A DNA stretch of 64,000 nucleotides from Octopus vulgaris (taxonomy: Eukaryota): the NCBI GenBank assembly GCA_951406725.2, contig OX597815.1, forward strand, positions 189,658,001-189,722,000, in the 5' to 3' direction. Within the stretch, counting starts at the first letter, position 1, and each line of letters begins with the position of its first letter. The position numbers were made by a program, and so were the translations under genes. Positions 1-11,964 of the stretch are shown in pieces. A model generated the notes under the pieces. It saw only the letters and a list, made by a program, of their open reading frames with translations. It had not been told where the DNA came from and made no database searches.

Positions 1-407
1 CTGGGTGTTCAAAAAGTCTCTCTGCAGTATTTTATTGCAAAATAAATATTTATAAGATGGTATAAGATTACAAAAGGATATATTAGGCTTTACAAGACTT
101 TAAAAAATTTTTTAAGAGGTGTTGAAAGTGATGTCCTTCATTTTCAGTACATACGTTGACTCTTCTACACATGCTTTGAGATACATCTTGGAGAGTCTGA
201 TGCACTATGGACCGTGTGCAGGTTATGATTGCGTCTTTTAGCTCATTAATGGTTTTCAGGCAATTCTTGTACACTGATCCTTTACTTGCTCCCCAGAGAA
301 AAAAGTCTGGCGGTGTTGAGCCAGGTGATCTTGGTGGCCAAAGTCCCTTCAAAATAATCTGTTCTCCAGAAAAAAATTCACTGCGGAGAGACTTTTTGAA
401 CACCCTG
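1..407 (-). mobile_element. Internally deleted Tc1/mariner-superfamily DNA transposon retaining the transposase C-terminus
   Basis: TIRs ctgggtgttcaaaaagtctctctgcagt (1-28) and actgcggagagactttttgaacaccctg (380-407), followed by TA. ORF 83-415(-) contains WPPRSPGSTPPDFFLWG...NEGHHFQHLL, matching the WPPRSPDLTPxDFFLWG motif of DD41D-like transposases. Confidence 0.85.
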
Positions 408-714
408 TATATCAAAATCTTTGTTTATCTCACAAACATAAAAAAAATTTAATTCCCAACCCTTACAAGTGGGGAAAATTTCAGATCCATGAAAGTATCT
501 CCTAATATTAACTCCCCACCCCACCCACACTGATCTTAGATGTATACCCATAGTGCATCAAAAAGTTAAATTAGGTGTAGATAAATATCCCTTAATGAGC
601 TCCCTGATGTTCAGAAGAACAGTGATTGCGTCTAGTTCCATAGCAACATTAAGTGGCTGTGAGGCAAATATTCTCCAAGAAACATTGTCAGTGCATTAAA
701 GCTTACCACCACTA

Positions 715-1132
<418 letters not shown>

Positions 1133-1555
1133 AACAGTAGATTTATTTATTAGCTATTGTCAACAGATATGTGACTTGGAGCATGTAGAATTTAATATCC
1201 TTCTCAGAGACACAACAAAATACTTTCTCCTTTTGTCATACTAATACTTCTATGTAATTCAGTCCTTTTAGTAATGCATTGCTTCCAAAATACACACACA
1301 CAAACACACAAACATACACAGGCACAAACATACACCATGCTCATACACATACACACATGCACTTAACACACACATATATAATTATATATTTAGTAACAAA
1401 CTGAGGAAAAGAGATCCTTCGAAGGGGTGTGTTAAACATCCATTTCACTGGTCCGTCAGTTGGATACCATATAAATATGGGTATAATGCAATTACACAGC
1501 TAAATTAAATTGAGAGATACTATTGGCAACCCAATTATTTATTTATATTATAATT

Positions 1556-1725
1556 AGGAGAGGCTGCGTGGTAAGTAGCTTGCTTACCAACCACATGGTT
1601 CCGGGTTCAGTCCCACTGCATGGCACCTTGGGCAAGTGTATTCTACTATAGCCTCAGGCTGACCAAAGCCTTGTGAGTGGATTTGGTTGATGGAAACGGA
1701 AAGAAGCCCATCATATAAATATATG

Positions 1726-1786
<61 letters not shown>

Positions 1787-2019
1787 CTGTGTGCATGTGT
1801 TTGTGTGCCTGTGTTTGTATCCCCAACATCGCTTGACAACCAATAGTGGTGTGTTTACGTCCCCGTAACTTAGCGGTTCGGCAAAAAGTGACCAATAGAA
1901 TAAGTACTAGGCTTACAAAGAATAAGTCCTGGGGTCGATTTGTTCAACTAAAGGTGGTGCTCCAGTATGGCCACAGTCAAATGACTGAAACAAGTAAAAG
2001 AGTAAAAAGAGTAAAGAGT
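1556..2019 (+). mobile_element. SINE family B (tRNA-like head, CORE-like ccttgggcaagt, internal AT/GT microsatellite, gtaaaaga tail)
   Basis: A/B-box-like tggctgtgtggtaag...gggttcagtccc; more than 10 homologous copies in the window. Confidence 0.85.
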
Positions 2020-2364
2020 ATGATATACTATGAATATAATATCACCGTGATCACCGTGACCGACCAGGCTATCAGATGTTGCTACACATCGCTGGTCACA
2101 ATGCGCTTCGCATCGTTTTAGCCTTCAAATGATGCCACCCCGCTGGCTAAGCGAGCAGGCCATGGATATAATATAACATAAACAATTATTAAAAAAACCC
2201 ATAAAAGCCAACAAATTGTTTCGACTTATATACATTTTCTGATATACATACACAATAACAGTTCCCTTATATATATAAGTTACTTCAGGGTCATGGTTTC
2301 AAGATGGACGAAATTCCGTGTGAAAGGACGGCCATCAATAACAATATTCCTTTCATGGTGAAAA

Positions 2365-2606
2365 GTGTGTGTGTGTGTATGTGTGTTTTGCGTGTGTGTA
2401 TGTGTGTTGTGTGTGTTAGATTTGTCTGTGTGTGTGTTTTGTATGTGCATGTGAGCTTTGTGTGTGTGTATGTTTTGTGTTTTGTGTGTGAGCTTTGTGT
2501 GTGTGTGTGTATGTTTTGTTTGTGTGTGTGTGTGTGTGTTTCATGTGTGTGTGTGTTTTGTGTGTGTGTGTGTTTCATGTGTGTGTGTGTTTTGTGTATG
2601 TGTTTG

Positions 2607-2658
<52 letters not shown>

Positions 2659-2685
2659 TGTTTGCTTGTGTATGTGTGTGTGTGC
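2365..2685. repeat. Degenerate (GT)n microsatellite
   Basis: Directly visible. Confidence 0.95.
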
Positions 2686-3218
2686 CTGAATGTGAGTGAC
2701 AATATAATCCCCCTCAGCTCCACGTGTGTTTGCTCACTAGAAACAGCTGTCTCACTGCCAATACAGGTAGAATCCTTTACTTGCAGTCAACTATGAACAC
2801 ACGGGCAGGCTTCACATGTTGTATGAGCTTTGGAAAGCAAAAGACTCTTTGTAAACAGCTTTCAGTTCACTGCTTACCTACATTTGTCCAGGTGATTCAT
2901 TGTTTCAAGCAAAGATTACTTATTTGCTTGGGAACAGGTGAGGATTCGTGACAGGAAGGCCCTCTGTCTCAGCGAATTCCATCTGATCCGTGCAAGCAGG
3001 AAAAAGTGGATATTAAAATACTGATTCCCCCCACTGCCACCATCACCACCACCACCACTACCACCACCATCACCAGCTCTACCACTGCTGTCATCACCGC
3101 CACTAATGACACTGGCTGTTAAATCCTCTTCTTCTGAAGTACATATGATGAAAATTAATGGTCAAGTTAATTTAGATAGAAACCCTTTTCTTCTATTTTT
3201 GTTATTGTAAATTAATAT

Positions 3219-3824
3219 TCTTTTCCACTCTAGGCACAAGGCCCGAAATTTTGGGGGAGGGGCCAGTCTATTAGATCAACTACAGCACACAACTGGTACT
3301 TAATTTATCGACTCTGAAAAGATGAAAGGCAAAGTCGACCTCGGTGGAATTTAAACTCATAACATTTCTGCCAGATTGCCGCCTTATATATTCTTTTCTA
3401 CTCTAGGTACAAGGCCCGAAATTTTGGGGGAGGGGCCAGTCTATTAGATCAACTACAGCACACAACTGGTACTTAATTTATCGACCCTGAAAAGACGAAA
3501 GGCAAAGTCGACCTCGGTGGAATTTGAACTCAGAACGTAAAGACAGACAAAATACCGCTAGGCATTCCCTTCAGCATGCTAACATTTCTGCCAGATTGCC
3601 ACCTTATATATTCTTTTCTACTCTAGGCACAAGGCCCGAAATTTGGGGGGAGGGGGCCAGTCGATTAGATCGACCCCAGTACACAACTGGTACTTAATTT
3701 ATCGACACGGAAAAGATGAAAGACAAAGTCGACCTCGGTGGAATTTGAACTCAGAACATAAAGACAGATGAAATACCGCTAAGTATTTCCTTCAGCGTGC
3801 TAACATTTCTGCCAGCTCGCCACC
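3219..3824 (-). mobile_element. Three tandem copies of SINE family C (tail type 2)
   Basis: Repeated ctctaggcacaaggcccgaaattttgggg...aaagtcgacctcggtggaatttgaactcagaac...ctgccag units. Confidence 0.85.
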
Positions 3825-4217
3825 TTTTTTAAATTAATATTTAATCATACTAGCATGGGCATGATGTTTTGGGGGGTTTGTTTCTTAATTATTTTCTTAT
3901 CAGTGAAAGTAATTGCTTTTCTTATTGGTTGCTTGTCCTTCCAATGGAAACAACTCAATTGTAAAACAGCAGCAGAACCTAATTTTGTCAGTGAGCTAAA
4001 CTGTATTAAAGAAATTATTTATCTTGCTCAGAGGTACACTATCTCTTCTTCAATATCTACAACAGTTCCTACAAACAGTTGTCCACAATTTATATACTGA
4101 ACACTCACGCAACACTCATCAGTCAATTTTGCCATTGCTCTTTTTCCATGGTATGGTCAGTAGCTCCACTAATTCTGATACTATTTTCTGCAAGATCCTT
4201 ATTAGCGTAGAAAATGT

Positions 4218-4840
4218 ATCATCATCATCATCATCATCATCATCATTTAACGTCTGCTTTCCATGCTAGAATGGGTTGGACGATTTGACTGAGGACTGGC
4301 AAAACAGATGGCTGTACCAGGCTCCAATCTGACTAGGCAGAGTTTCTACAGCGGGATGCCCTTCCTGACGCCAACCACTCTGAGAGTGTAGTGGGTGCTT
4401 TTACGTGCCACCAGCACGAGGGCCAGTCTGGCGGTACTGGCAACGGTCATGCTCAAATGGTGTTTTTTTACATGCCACCTGCGCAGGAGTCAGTCCAGTG
4501 ACACTGGCAATGATCTCGCTCAAATGTTGTTTTTCACATGCCAGTAAGGCGATGCTGGTAACGATCACGCTCAAATGACGCTTTTTACTTGCCACTGGCA
4601 TGGAAATCAGACAGCTGCTCTGGCAGTAATCCCATTAGCGCTCCACTGGCACAGGTGTGAGTCATCAAATTTGATTCAATTTCGATTTCACTTGCCCCAA
4701 CAGGTCTTCACAAGCAGAGTTTAGTGTCCAATGAAGGAAGGCTGGCATGGGTGCCAGTCATCGAATTTGGTTCAATTTCAATTTCACTTGCCCCAACAGG
4801 TCTTCGCAAGCAGAGTTTAGGGTCCAAAGAAGAAAGGTAC
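4218..4840 (-). mobile_element. Repeat family D ((GAT)n tail, RTE-5'UTR-like ggcgttaggaagggcatccagc motif)
   Basis: Homologous to copies at 6.1, 21.5, 38.4 and 63.4 kb; contains internal tandem subrepeats. Confidence 0.75.
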
Positions 4841-5101
4841 AAAACTCTTCATACATGACAAGGCTCTGTAGCATGAATTTTTGCGGCCCAAAAGAGTAGT
4901 CAGTGGCATATTTGATATTTGTCCTCTTCAAAATAAGTTTAGCAATAATTAATCTTTTGTTTATTCATTTAACGATGATTTTGCTAATATAGGGTGGTAT
5001 TGAGAGTTGTTTGGGGCAGAAAATATTGGTGGATGCTATTCTAGTTACCTACTGTTATTCTTCAAATACATGATCTTTTTTTTTTCCTATTTTACTGATA
5101 A

Positions 5102-5298
5102 TACAGTTCTATATTTAAGAGATGAGGAATTATATACATTATTTACATTACTTACATTATTTATATTTGACGGATATTTGTCCTCATCATGTTTGTTGTC
5201 AACACAAAATTTTGGCTGTTATACCCTCCAGCCTTCATCAGGTGTCTTGGGGAAATTTTGAACCTGGGTTCTCATTCCTAAGGTATTTTTCGATGTTG

Positions 5299-5341
<43 letters not shown>

Positions 5342-5474
5342 TATTATTATTAGTATTATTATTACTATTATTATTATTATTATTATTATCATTATTATTA
5401 TTATTCAGGTGACTGCCTGGAATCAAACTCGGAATCTTGGGGTTAGTAGCCCGTGCTCTTAACAACTATGCCAT
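5102..5474 (-). mobile_element. Family P1: tRNA-like head + (TAA)n + hammerhead-like tail
   Basis: Minus strand: tggcatagttgttaagagcacgggctactaacc..gagtttgattcc, (aat)n, gacacCTGATGAaggctg..cagccAAAA. Homologues at 35.5-36.2, 41.4 and 61.6-62.2 kb. Confidence 0.75.
5201..5246 (-). ncRNA. Decayed minimal type-I hammerhead-like motif (P1)
   Basis: GACAC-CTGATGA-A-GGCTG-loop-CAGCC-AAAA-TTTT-GTGTT; GAAA is mutated to AAAA in this copy. Confidence 0.5.
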
Positions 5475-5583
5475 TTTACCGATCTTTGAAAATGCTAAGC
5501 ATCCACTTTATAATATCAGCAATGAATATAAGCATCACACCACTGTTTTACTCAGTTACTCACAGTTGACCCCATGGATAATC

Positions 5584-5623
<40 letters not shown>

Positions 5624-6104
5624 TACACACATACACTTTCAACAAATTCCACTAAAAAAACATCATTGTTTCACCTGAGGCTATTGTATAAAAAACTCTC
5701 ACCCAAGGTTCTGAATGTTCTGTAGGACTGAACCTGAGACCATGTAGTTGGGAAGTAGACTTCTTAACCACACAGCCAAGCCTGCTACTGAATGCAAGCT
5801 GTTATCAGCTGAGAAAGCCTGCACTCTTGAAATTAGCTGCTCATTATTTATTCATTCTAGATAATAAACTTGTTGCAACTGTAAAATAAACCAATGTTCA
5901 ACACATATTTCTTCTGCCAGTGTTTCTAAGACGGAATGCAACAGCTAAGATAAGGTTTTAATCTTTGTGTCATAGTTTAGTACCATTACATCACACATTA
6001 CTTTATATAATAAATAAGATTCAAAGTTCCTTGTTTAACCCAAGGTTAGCTCTTACTGGACCAATAATCGAAAGCATTCTAGTTATGATTATTCTGTCAT
6101 CGAA

Positions 6105-6483
6105 ATCGATCAATGGAAATTGCAGATGTGTTACCAGTGCTGGTGGCATGTAAGAGAACCTTCCGTTTCGCGACCGTTGCCAGCACCGCCCCGTTTCGTG
6201 TCCATTGCCAGCCTCGCCTGGCCCTCGTGCCGGTGGCACATAAAAAGCACCATCCGTTCGTGGCCGTTTGCCAGCTCTGTCTGGCACCTGTGCAGGTGGC
6301 ACGTAAAAAGCACCCACTACACTCACGGAGTGGTTGGCGTTAGGAAGGGCATCCAGCCGTAGAAACACTGCCAGATTTGACTGGGCCTGATGAAGCCTTC
6401 TGGCTTCACAGACCCCAGTAGAACCGTCCAACCCATGCTAGCATGGAAAGCGGACACTAAACGACGATGATGATGATGATGAT
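6105..6483 (+). mobile_element. Repeat family D
   Basis: ggtggcacgtaaaaagcacc subrepeats, ggcgttaggaagggcatccagc motif and (gat)n tail. Confidence 0.75.
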
Positions 6484-6600
6484 TTTAATATACAGGGACC
6501 AGAATCACATAATCCTATGTTTTTAAGTTTGTCTCTACAGATTTTCTGTAGAATTTAGAGCTGGCGCTGAAAGTTACAATGTTTTGTATATGAATACACC

Positions 6601-6922
6601 CAGTGGCAGATTGGGTCTAAAAATATTGATTGCCAGGAGACTAAGAGGACCCACCCACAACTACAAGGGGGTCCACCTGCAACTACAATGCTATCATTTA
6701 ATTTTTTTTGTTTTTTTTTTGTTAAAAGTGTTCTTTTCAACTGTCTATAAACACAGCCAGGCTGAAATAATTAATGCATTCTTCCAGGAGTGAATAAAAA
6801 ATTCTCCGACTTGAGGGAATGGGCCCCTTAGATACTAACATGGGCCCCCATATATGGACTCTAATGGCACAGGGGTCCACTAACCATTGGGCAAGCTGGC
6901 AACCTGGCTCAGTCTGCCACTG
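6601..6922. mobile_element. hAT-type MITE
   Basis: TIRs cagtggcagattggg / ctcagtctgccactg; 8-bp TSD aatacacc (6593-6600) / aatacact (6923-6930). Confidence 0.75.
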
Positions 6923-6977
6923 AATACACTAATATATAAACAATGCAATCAAAGACAAAAAAACAGATAATTGGTCT

Positions 6978-7059
6978 GGTAGCGTGGCCGAGCGGTCTAA
7001 GGCGCTGGTTTAAGGCCCCAGTCTCTTCGGAGGCGTGGGTTCGAATCCCACCGCTGCCA
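6978..7059 (+). tRNA. trnL-AAG: tRNA-Leu(AAG); possibly a retroposed copy
   Basis: 82-nt GGTAGCGTGGCCGAGCGGTCTAAGGCGCTGG...GGTTCGAATCCCACCGCTGCCA with long variable arm and anticodon AAG at 7012-7014. T5 terminator at 7068-7072. One T:C mismatch closes the anticodon stem. Confidence 0.92.
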
Positions 7060-7824
7060 TGTGATAATTTTTAATGGCGGTGCCCCAGCATGGCCACAGC
7101 TCGTGAGCTGAAACTAGATAAAATAATAAAAAAAAACTCTTCAATGCCTTTACTAATATATAAGGGTGTAATTTAAAACAGATTTGGTTGCCATATCTAG
7201 CAAGTCAAACGACTATATAGGAGCACCCTCATTGGCTCATTGTTTAAAAGTAGAAAGTTAAGTTAAATTAATTAAGGTATTATAATATTTAGGTATTATA
7301 ACTTTTGTTTTAGCTTATGTTTCAAGTGGGAACAGTATTCTTATTACTTACAGGAGAACCACTTAGATATTTATTTATAGCTGACTTGAGAAAAAGAACT
7401 TCTGCTTTGAAATCAAATTCTACCAAATAAATCTCAAGGTGTCTACATTTTGAGATGATTAATTATAAAGGAAACACAATGTTCAGTTGGAACTGTTTTA
7501 AATAACTATAAGAATTCGAGTGGTGGCTTCAGTTTCATTTTTGCAGCAAAATAGATTCTAGGTACAGATTAGATTTACACACATATACACCCATCAATCC
7601 ATATGCAGATATTGTGGGTGAGTGTGTGTGTTGTGTGTATGTTGTACATGTGAGTGCGCATTTATTTATGTATGTGTTGTGTGTGTGTACGTGTGTGTAT
7701 ATGTGTGTGTCTATATGCATGTATGTATTAATGTATTTGTGTATGTGTATATATATCATCATCATCCTTTAACGTTCATTTTCTATGCTAGCATGGGTTG
7801 GATATATATATTATGATAGATTGT

Positions 7825-8015
7825 TAGCTCCTACACGCATTTTTTTCTCTCCTTGTTTCTCTCATTATTTCTTTTCTGTGTATCTTTCTGTTGAAGAGCG
7901 TAGGCTCGAAACGTAAAAGATTTGTTCTATTTCTATTCCTGAGCGCCATACTAATACATTTGTTTGTTTGTACTCCACCTGCCTTTGTCTTTTGTTTATT
8001 TTCATAAACCTTCCC

Positions 8016-8018
<3 letters not shown>
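7825..8018 (+). mobile_element. Family P2: (AT)n-associated repeat with hammerhead-like fold (probable PLE terminal repeat)
   Basis: Homologous segments at 15432-15498, 28320-28453 and 51353-51640(-), all abutting (AT)n or related microsatellite. Confidence 0.65.
7882..7921 (+). ncRNA. Minimal type-I hammerhead-like motif with CUGUUGA core (P2)
   Basis: ATCTTT-CTGTTGA-A-GAGC-gtag-GCTC-GAAA-CG-TA-AAAGAT: perfect 6-bp stem I, 4-bp stem II, palindromic ACGT in place of stem III, GUA triplet. Confidence 0.6.
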
Positions 8019-8063
<45 letters not shown>

Positions 8064-8167
8064 TATACACACACGCACACACACAGACAAATAGATAGAT
8101 AGACAGACAGACAAACAGACATACAGATAGACAGACAGACAGATAGATATATTTATATGTGTGAGTG

Positions 8168-8198
<31 letters not shown>

Positions 8199-8653
8199 AT
8201 ATGTATATATTTATGTATGTATCATTAATTACTATTATAAATGTCTTTCCATGTAGTGTAAGCTTTGAAGAAGGAACATTATCAATACTATTTAGTGCAA
8301 AGTGTGCCAGATAAAGAGCCAGCTTCTAAAGCCCAGAATCATGAAATTATATCCTGTTACTTTAAGCAGGCTGTGTGTATTTGTGAGTGTGTGAGTCTAT
8401 GTATATATGGTGTGTGTGTGTGTGTGTGTGCCTCATGGAATTAAGAAACTTATTCAAACCAATTTATCTAGTAGCAGAGCTTTAAAGAACTAAGGAATAA
8501 ATATTATAGTCATTATCAGTTTGTCTTTACAAAGGTATCTAATGTGAGTTTGATAATGTTAAGATGGCTGAGCAGCCATTTAAATGTCTCCCTCTCCATC
8601 AAGTATGGATGGCTGGTGATAATTTAGCACCTGCATGAGAAAGAGTAAAACAC

Positions 8654-8707
8654 TTCTGTTGCTAATAAAATGCTTCTGTTGCTAATAAAATGCTTCTGTT
8701 GCTAATA
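8654..8707. repeat. 20-bp tandem repeat, about 2.7 copies
   Basis: cttctgttgctaataaaatg repeated. Confidence 0.85.
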
Positions 8708-8723
8708 ATCATTTTTTGATAAT

Positions 8724-9282
8724 CTTTCCCACTCTAGGCACAAGGCTCGAAATTTTGGGGGAGGGGGCCAGTCGATTAGATCGACCCCAGTACGCAACTG
8801 GTGCTTAATTTGTCGACCCCCGAAAGGATGAAAGGCAAAGTCGACCTCGGCGGAATTTGAACTTAGAATGTAAAGACAGAAGAAATACCTATTTCTTTAT
8901 TACCCACAAGGGGCTAAACATAGAGAGGACAAACAAGGACAGACGAATGGATTAAGTTGATTATGTCGACCCCCATGCGTAACTGGTACTTATTTAATCG
9001 ACCCCGAAAGGATGAAAGGCAAAGTCGACCTCGGCGGAATTTGAACTCGAATGTAAAGACGGACAAAATACCTATTTCTTTACCACAGAGAGGACAAACA
9101 AGGACAGACAAATGGATTAAGTCGATTATATCGACCCCACTGCATAACTGGTACTTATTTAATCGACCCCGAAAGGATGAAAGGCAAAGTTGACCTCGGT
9201 GGAATTTGAACTCAGACGTAAAGACAGATGAAATACCGCTAGGTGTTTCGCCCGGCATGCTAAAGTTTCTGCCAGTTCACCA
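8724..9282 (-). mobile_element. SINE family C trimer (head+tail1, core+tail1, core+tail2)
   Basis: Three gtcgacctcggcggaatttgaac cores joined at aaagaaatag|gtattt on the minus strand. Confidence 0.85.
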
Positions 9283-9354
9283 AATAATCCTACTGGCTAT
9301 TTGCCACACCAGTACCTGATTAGCTACTGAAATTTTATGTATATTTACCATCCG

Positions 9355-9573
9355 AACGTGGGCGATGCCAGTATCGCCTGACAGGCTCTCATACCAGTGG
9401 CACCCATAAAAAGCACCCACTACACTCTCAGAGTGATTGGTGTTAGGAAGTTATGAAGGGCATCCAGCTGTAGAAACATTGCCAGATCAGATCGGAGCCT
9501 GTTGCAGCTGCTGGCTTTCCAGACCTCAGTCAAATTGTCCAACCCATGCCAGCATGGAAAACAGACGTTAAAC

Positions 9574-9590
<17 letters not shown>
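9355..9590 (+). mobile_element. Repeat family D
   Basis: gaagggcatccagctgtagaaac...aacccatgccagcatggaaaacagacgttaaacgatgat. Confidence 0.75.
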
Positions 9591-9606
<16 letters not shown>

Positions 9607-9756
9607 GGTGGTGGTGGTGGTGGTGGTGGTGGTGGTGGTGGTGGTGGTGGTGGTGGTGGTGGTGGTGGTGGTGGTGGTTGGGGTGGTGGTTGTTGTGGTG
9701 GTTGCAGTGGTGGTAGTGGTGGTGGTGGTGGTGGTGATGATGATGATGATGATGAT
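9590..9756. repeat. (GGT)n/(GAT)n microsatellite
   Basis: Directly visible. Confidence 0.95.
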
Positions 9757-10434
9757 TGCTAGCAGAAACATCTTTGCTATCTCCAGTGTTTCAGCATCTA
9801 CCATTGACAAGGCCGGCCAAAAGAGGCTGAAATCACAAGGTCTGATACTCTCGATGGTGGAATTATCTACCACTGGCAATATAAACAAGAGTGCTTCTGT
9901 GCACCAAATGCCTTTATGTGAGATTATCTATTGATAACTATCGCAGTTGTTCTGTGTTCTAACACAGCATCCACTTTTAAATACGGATAAATATTAACTA
10001 AGCACTTAAGTCAGAATTTCCATCCTTTAACTTAAATATATTGAATATTAGAAAATACGTGTCTGATTCATATAGATACCTAAGCATATAAATACATAAT
10101 GTATCAATAATATTTGAGCAAACCATTCCCTATTTATAGAAAAGTTAGGAAATTTAATGGGAAAGAATACAAAAATAAACAGATTCTATTAAATGCTGTC
10201 ACACACTACTTGAAATAAATTTTACTTCAGGATGATCATAAGAAATTATATTGTATAGCTTCAACTAACTTCAACTGAATAGCAAAGTAAAAATAAAATT
10301 TTTTTTTGATTTGTATTTTTTCTTAGCTTTTTTTTTCTAAGGTTATCTATAGAAATAGATTAGCTTCTAAAATATACTTACAATCTCTTCATTTTGTAAA
10401 AAGCTATATATAATATGATATAATATCATATTAT

Positions 10435-10456
10435 ATGTTTTATATGTATGTATATA

Positions 10457-10497
<41 letters not shown>

Positions 10498-10512
10498 TTA
10501 CATACTTACATA

Positions 10513-10561
<49 letters not shown>

Positions 10562-10625
10562 ACATACATACTTACATATATATATATATATATCATGTGT
10601 GTGTGTATCAATATGTGCGTATATA
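10435..10625. repeat. (AT)n-rich microsatellite
   Basis: Directly visible. Confidence 0.9.
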
Positions 10626-11964
10626 AGTTTAACAGCGGTGTGAAAGCTCCCACTGGCAATCTGACCCTATTTTTCTCAAGAAATAAGATTTCCAGTTTAT
10701 AATTTAAGTTGATGAAAGAGTTCTTTGGAATTCAATAATACACTGATTATTCTACAATAATTGGTTTTCAAAACATGTTACAGCATAACATTATATTCTG
10801 ATAATATCATGGGAATACGATTCTGTCCATTCTTATTTGAATATTCAAGAAGAAACAAATAAATTAAATATTTCTGTTCCCCACCTCCTAACATCCCATC
10901 TCTCTTCTTAATATTGCTTTCAAGCAATTTGTTCATTTTCCGAAATCTCTCTCTTTAATATATGCGGCAGTTTGTACAAAAATCTCATTGAACATTTTTA
11001 TATTTCTTGGGGTTTTTTTGTTTTTTTGATGTACTGTTATGACTTAAAGAAATTTAAGAATTTACGAATACAATGAAATTTGAAAGCCTCCTGACATATA
11101 TGCTTTTTACTGAAGAAATTGCCTATATTGAAGGTACATTCAATGAGCCAATTTTGAATGTACAATAAATTGACTTAAGTAAATTGACACAAATATAGAT
11201 TGAACAAAAACAAAATTTCACAGAAGAGAAAAGAAAAAAAACCCCCAGAAAATTGAAAATTTCCACTAAATTATTCTGAGAAATGTGGGGTTACCTTTTT
11301 AACAAGTTAAAGAAAGCAACTAGTTTATCTTGGAGAAGAAGTAAAAAGAAATGTTCATTAAACTGTTGTAAGTGTATCAATATTGAATGGATCGAGTTTG
11401 CTTCTCTAATAAGATATTCCAACAACACTGGCGTGTCGATAGTTCCCTGTAATTGTTGACGAAATAAATGGAATGTTGTGTGAATTTACAAAAAAGCAAC
11501 GACAGAATATTCTGCATGCAGAATGCCAGAGATAAAGTATAATTAAAAGTTCAGAGAAAACTAATGGCTTTATCAGAACTAAAAAGTGTGTCTACGTAGC
11601 ATATGTGTCATTGTTGCTGCTTAGCCCTAGGCCAGCTGTGAAGAATAATTGTAGCTCACCATGACACACTTTTGTGAGAGATCTTCGGAAAGATATATTA
11701 TATGGGTAAATGTTATTTGTCTTTTTAGACTTAAGGAAGATCGGAACTAATCTTTAAATAGGCAGTGGATTAAACCATACAAGTTTTCTTTCAGTTTTTG
11801 CTAAGATTTGAAATGTTTTGTTTCTATATGCAATGTACTTTTATAACAAATGCTTCATTGTAACGCATCTGTATCTGTAGTACAGATAAAAACATTTCAT
11901 CTCAGACGATGTTAGATATTCATTAACTAAGCTACCAGGAAATGTTTTAATAATAAGAAAGTGC

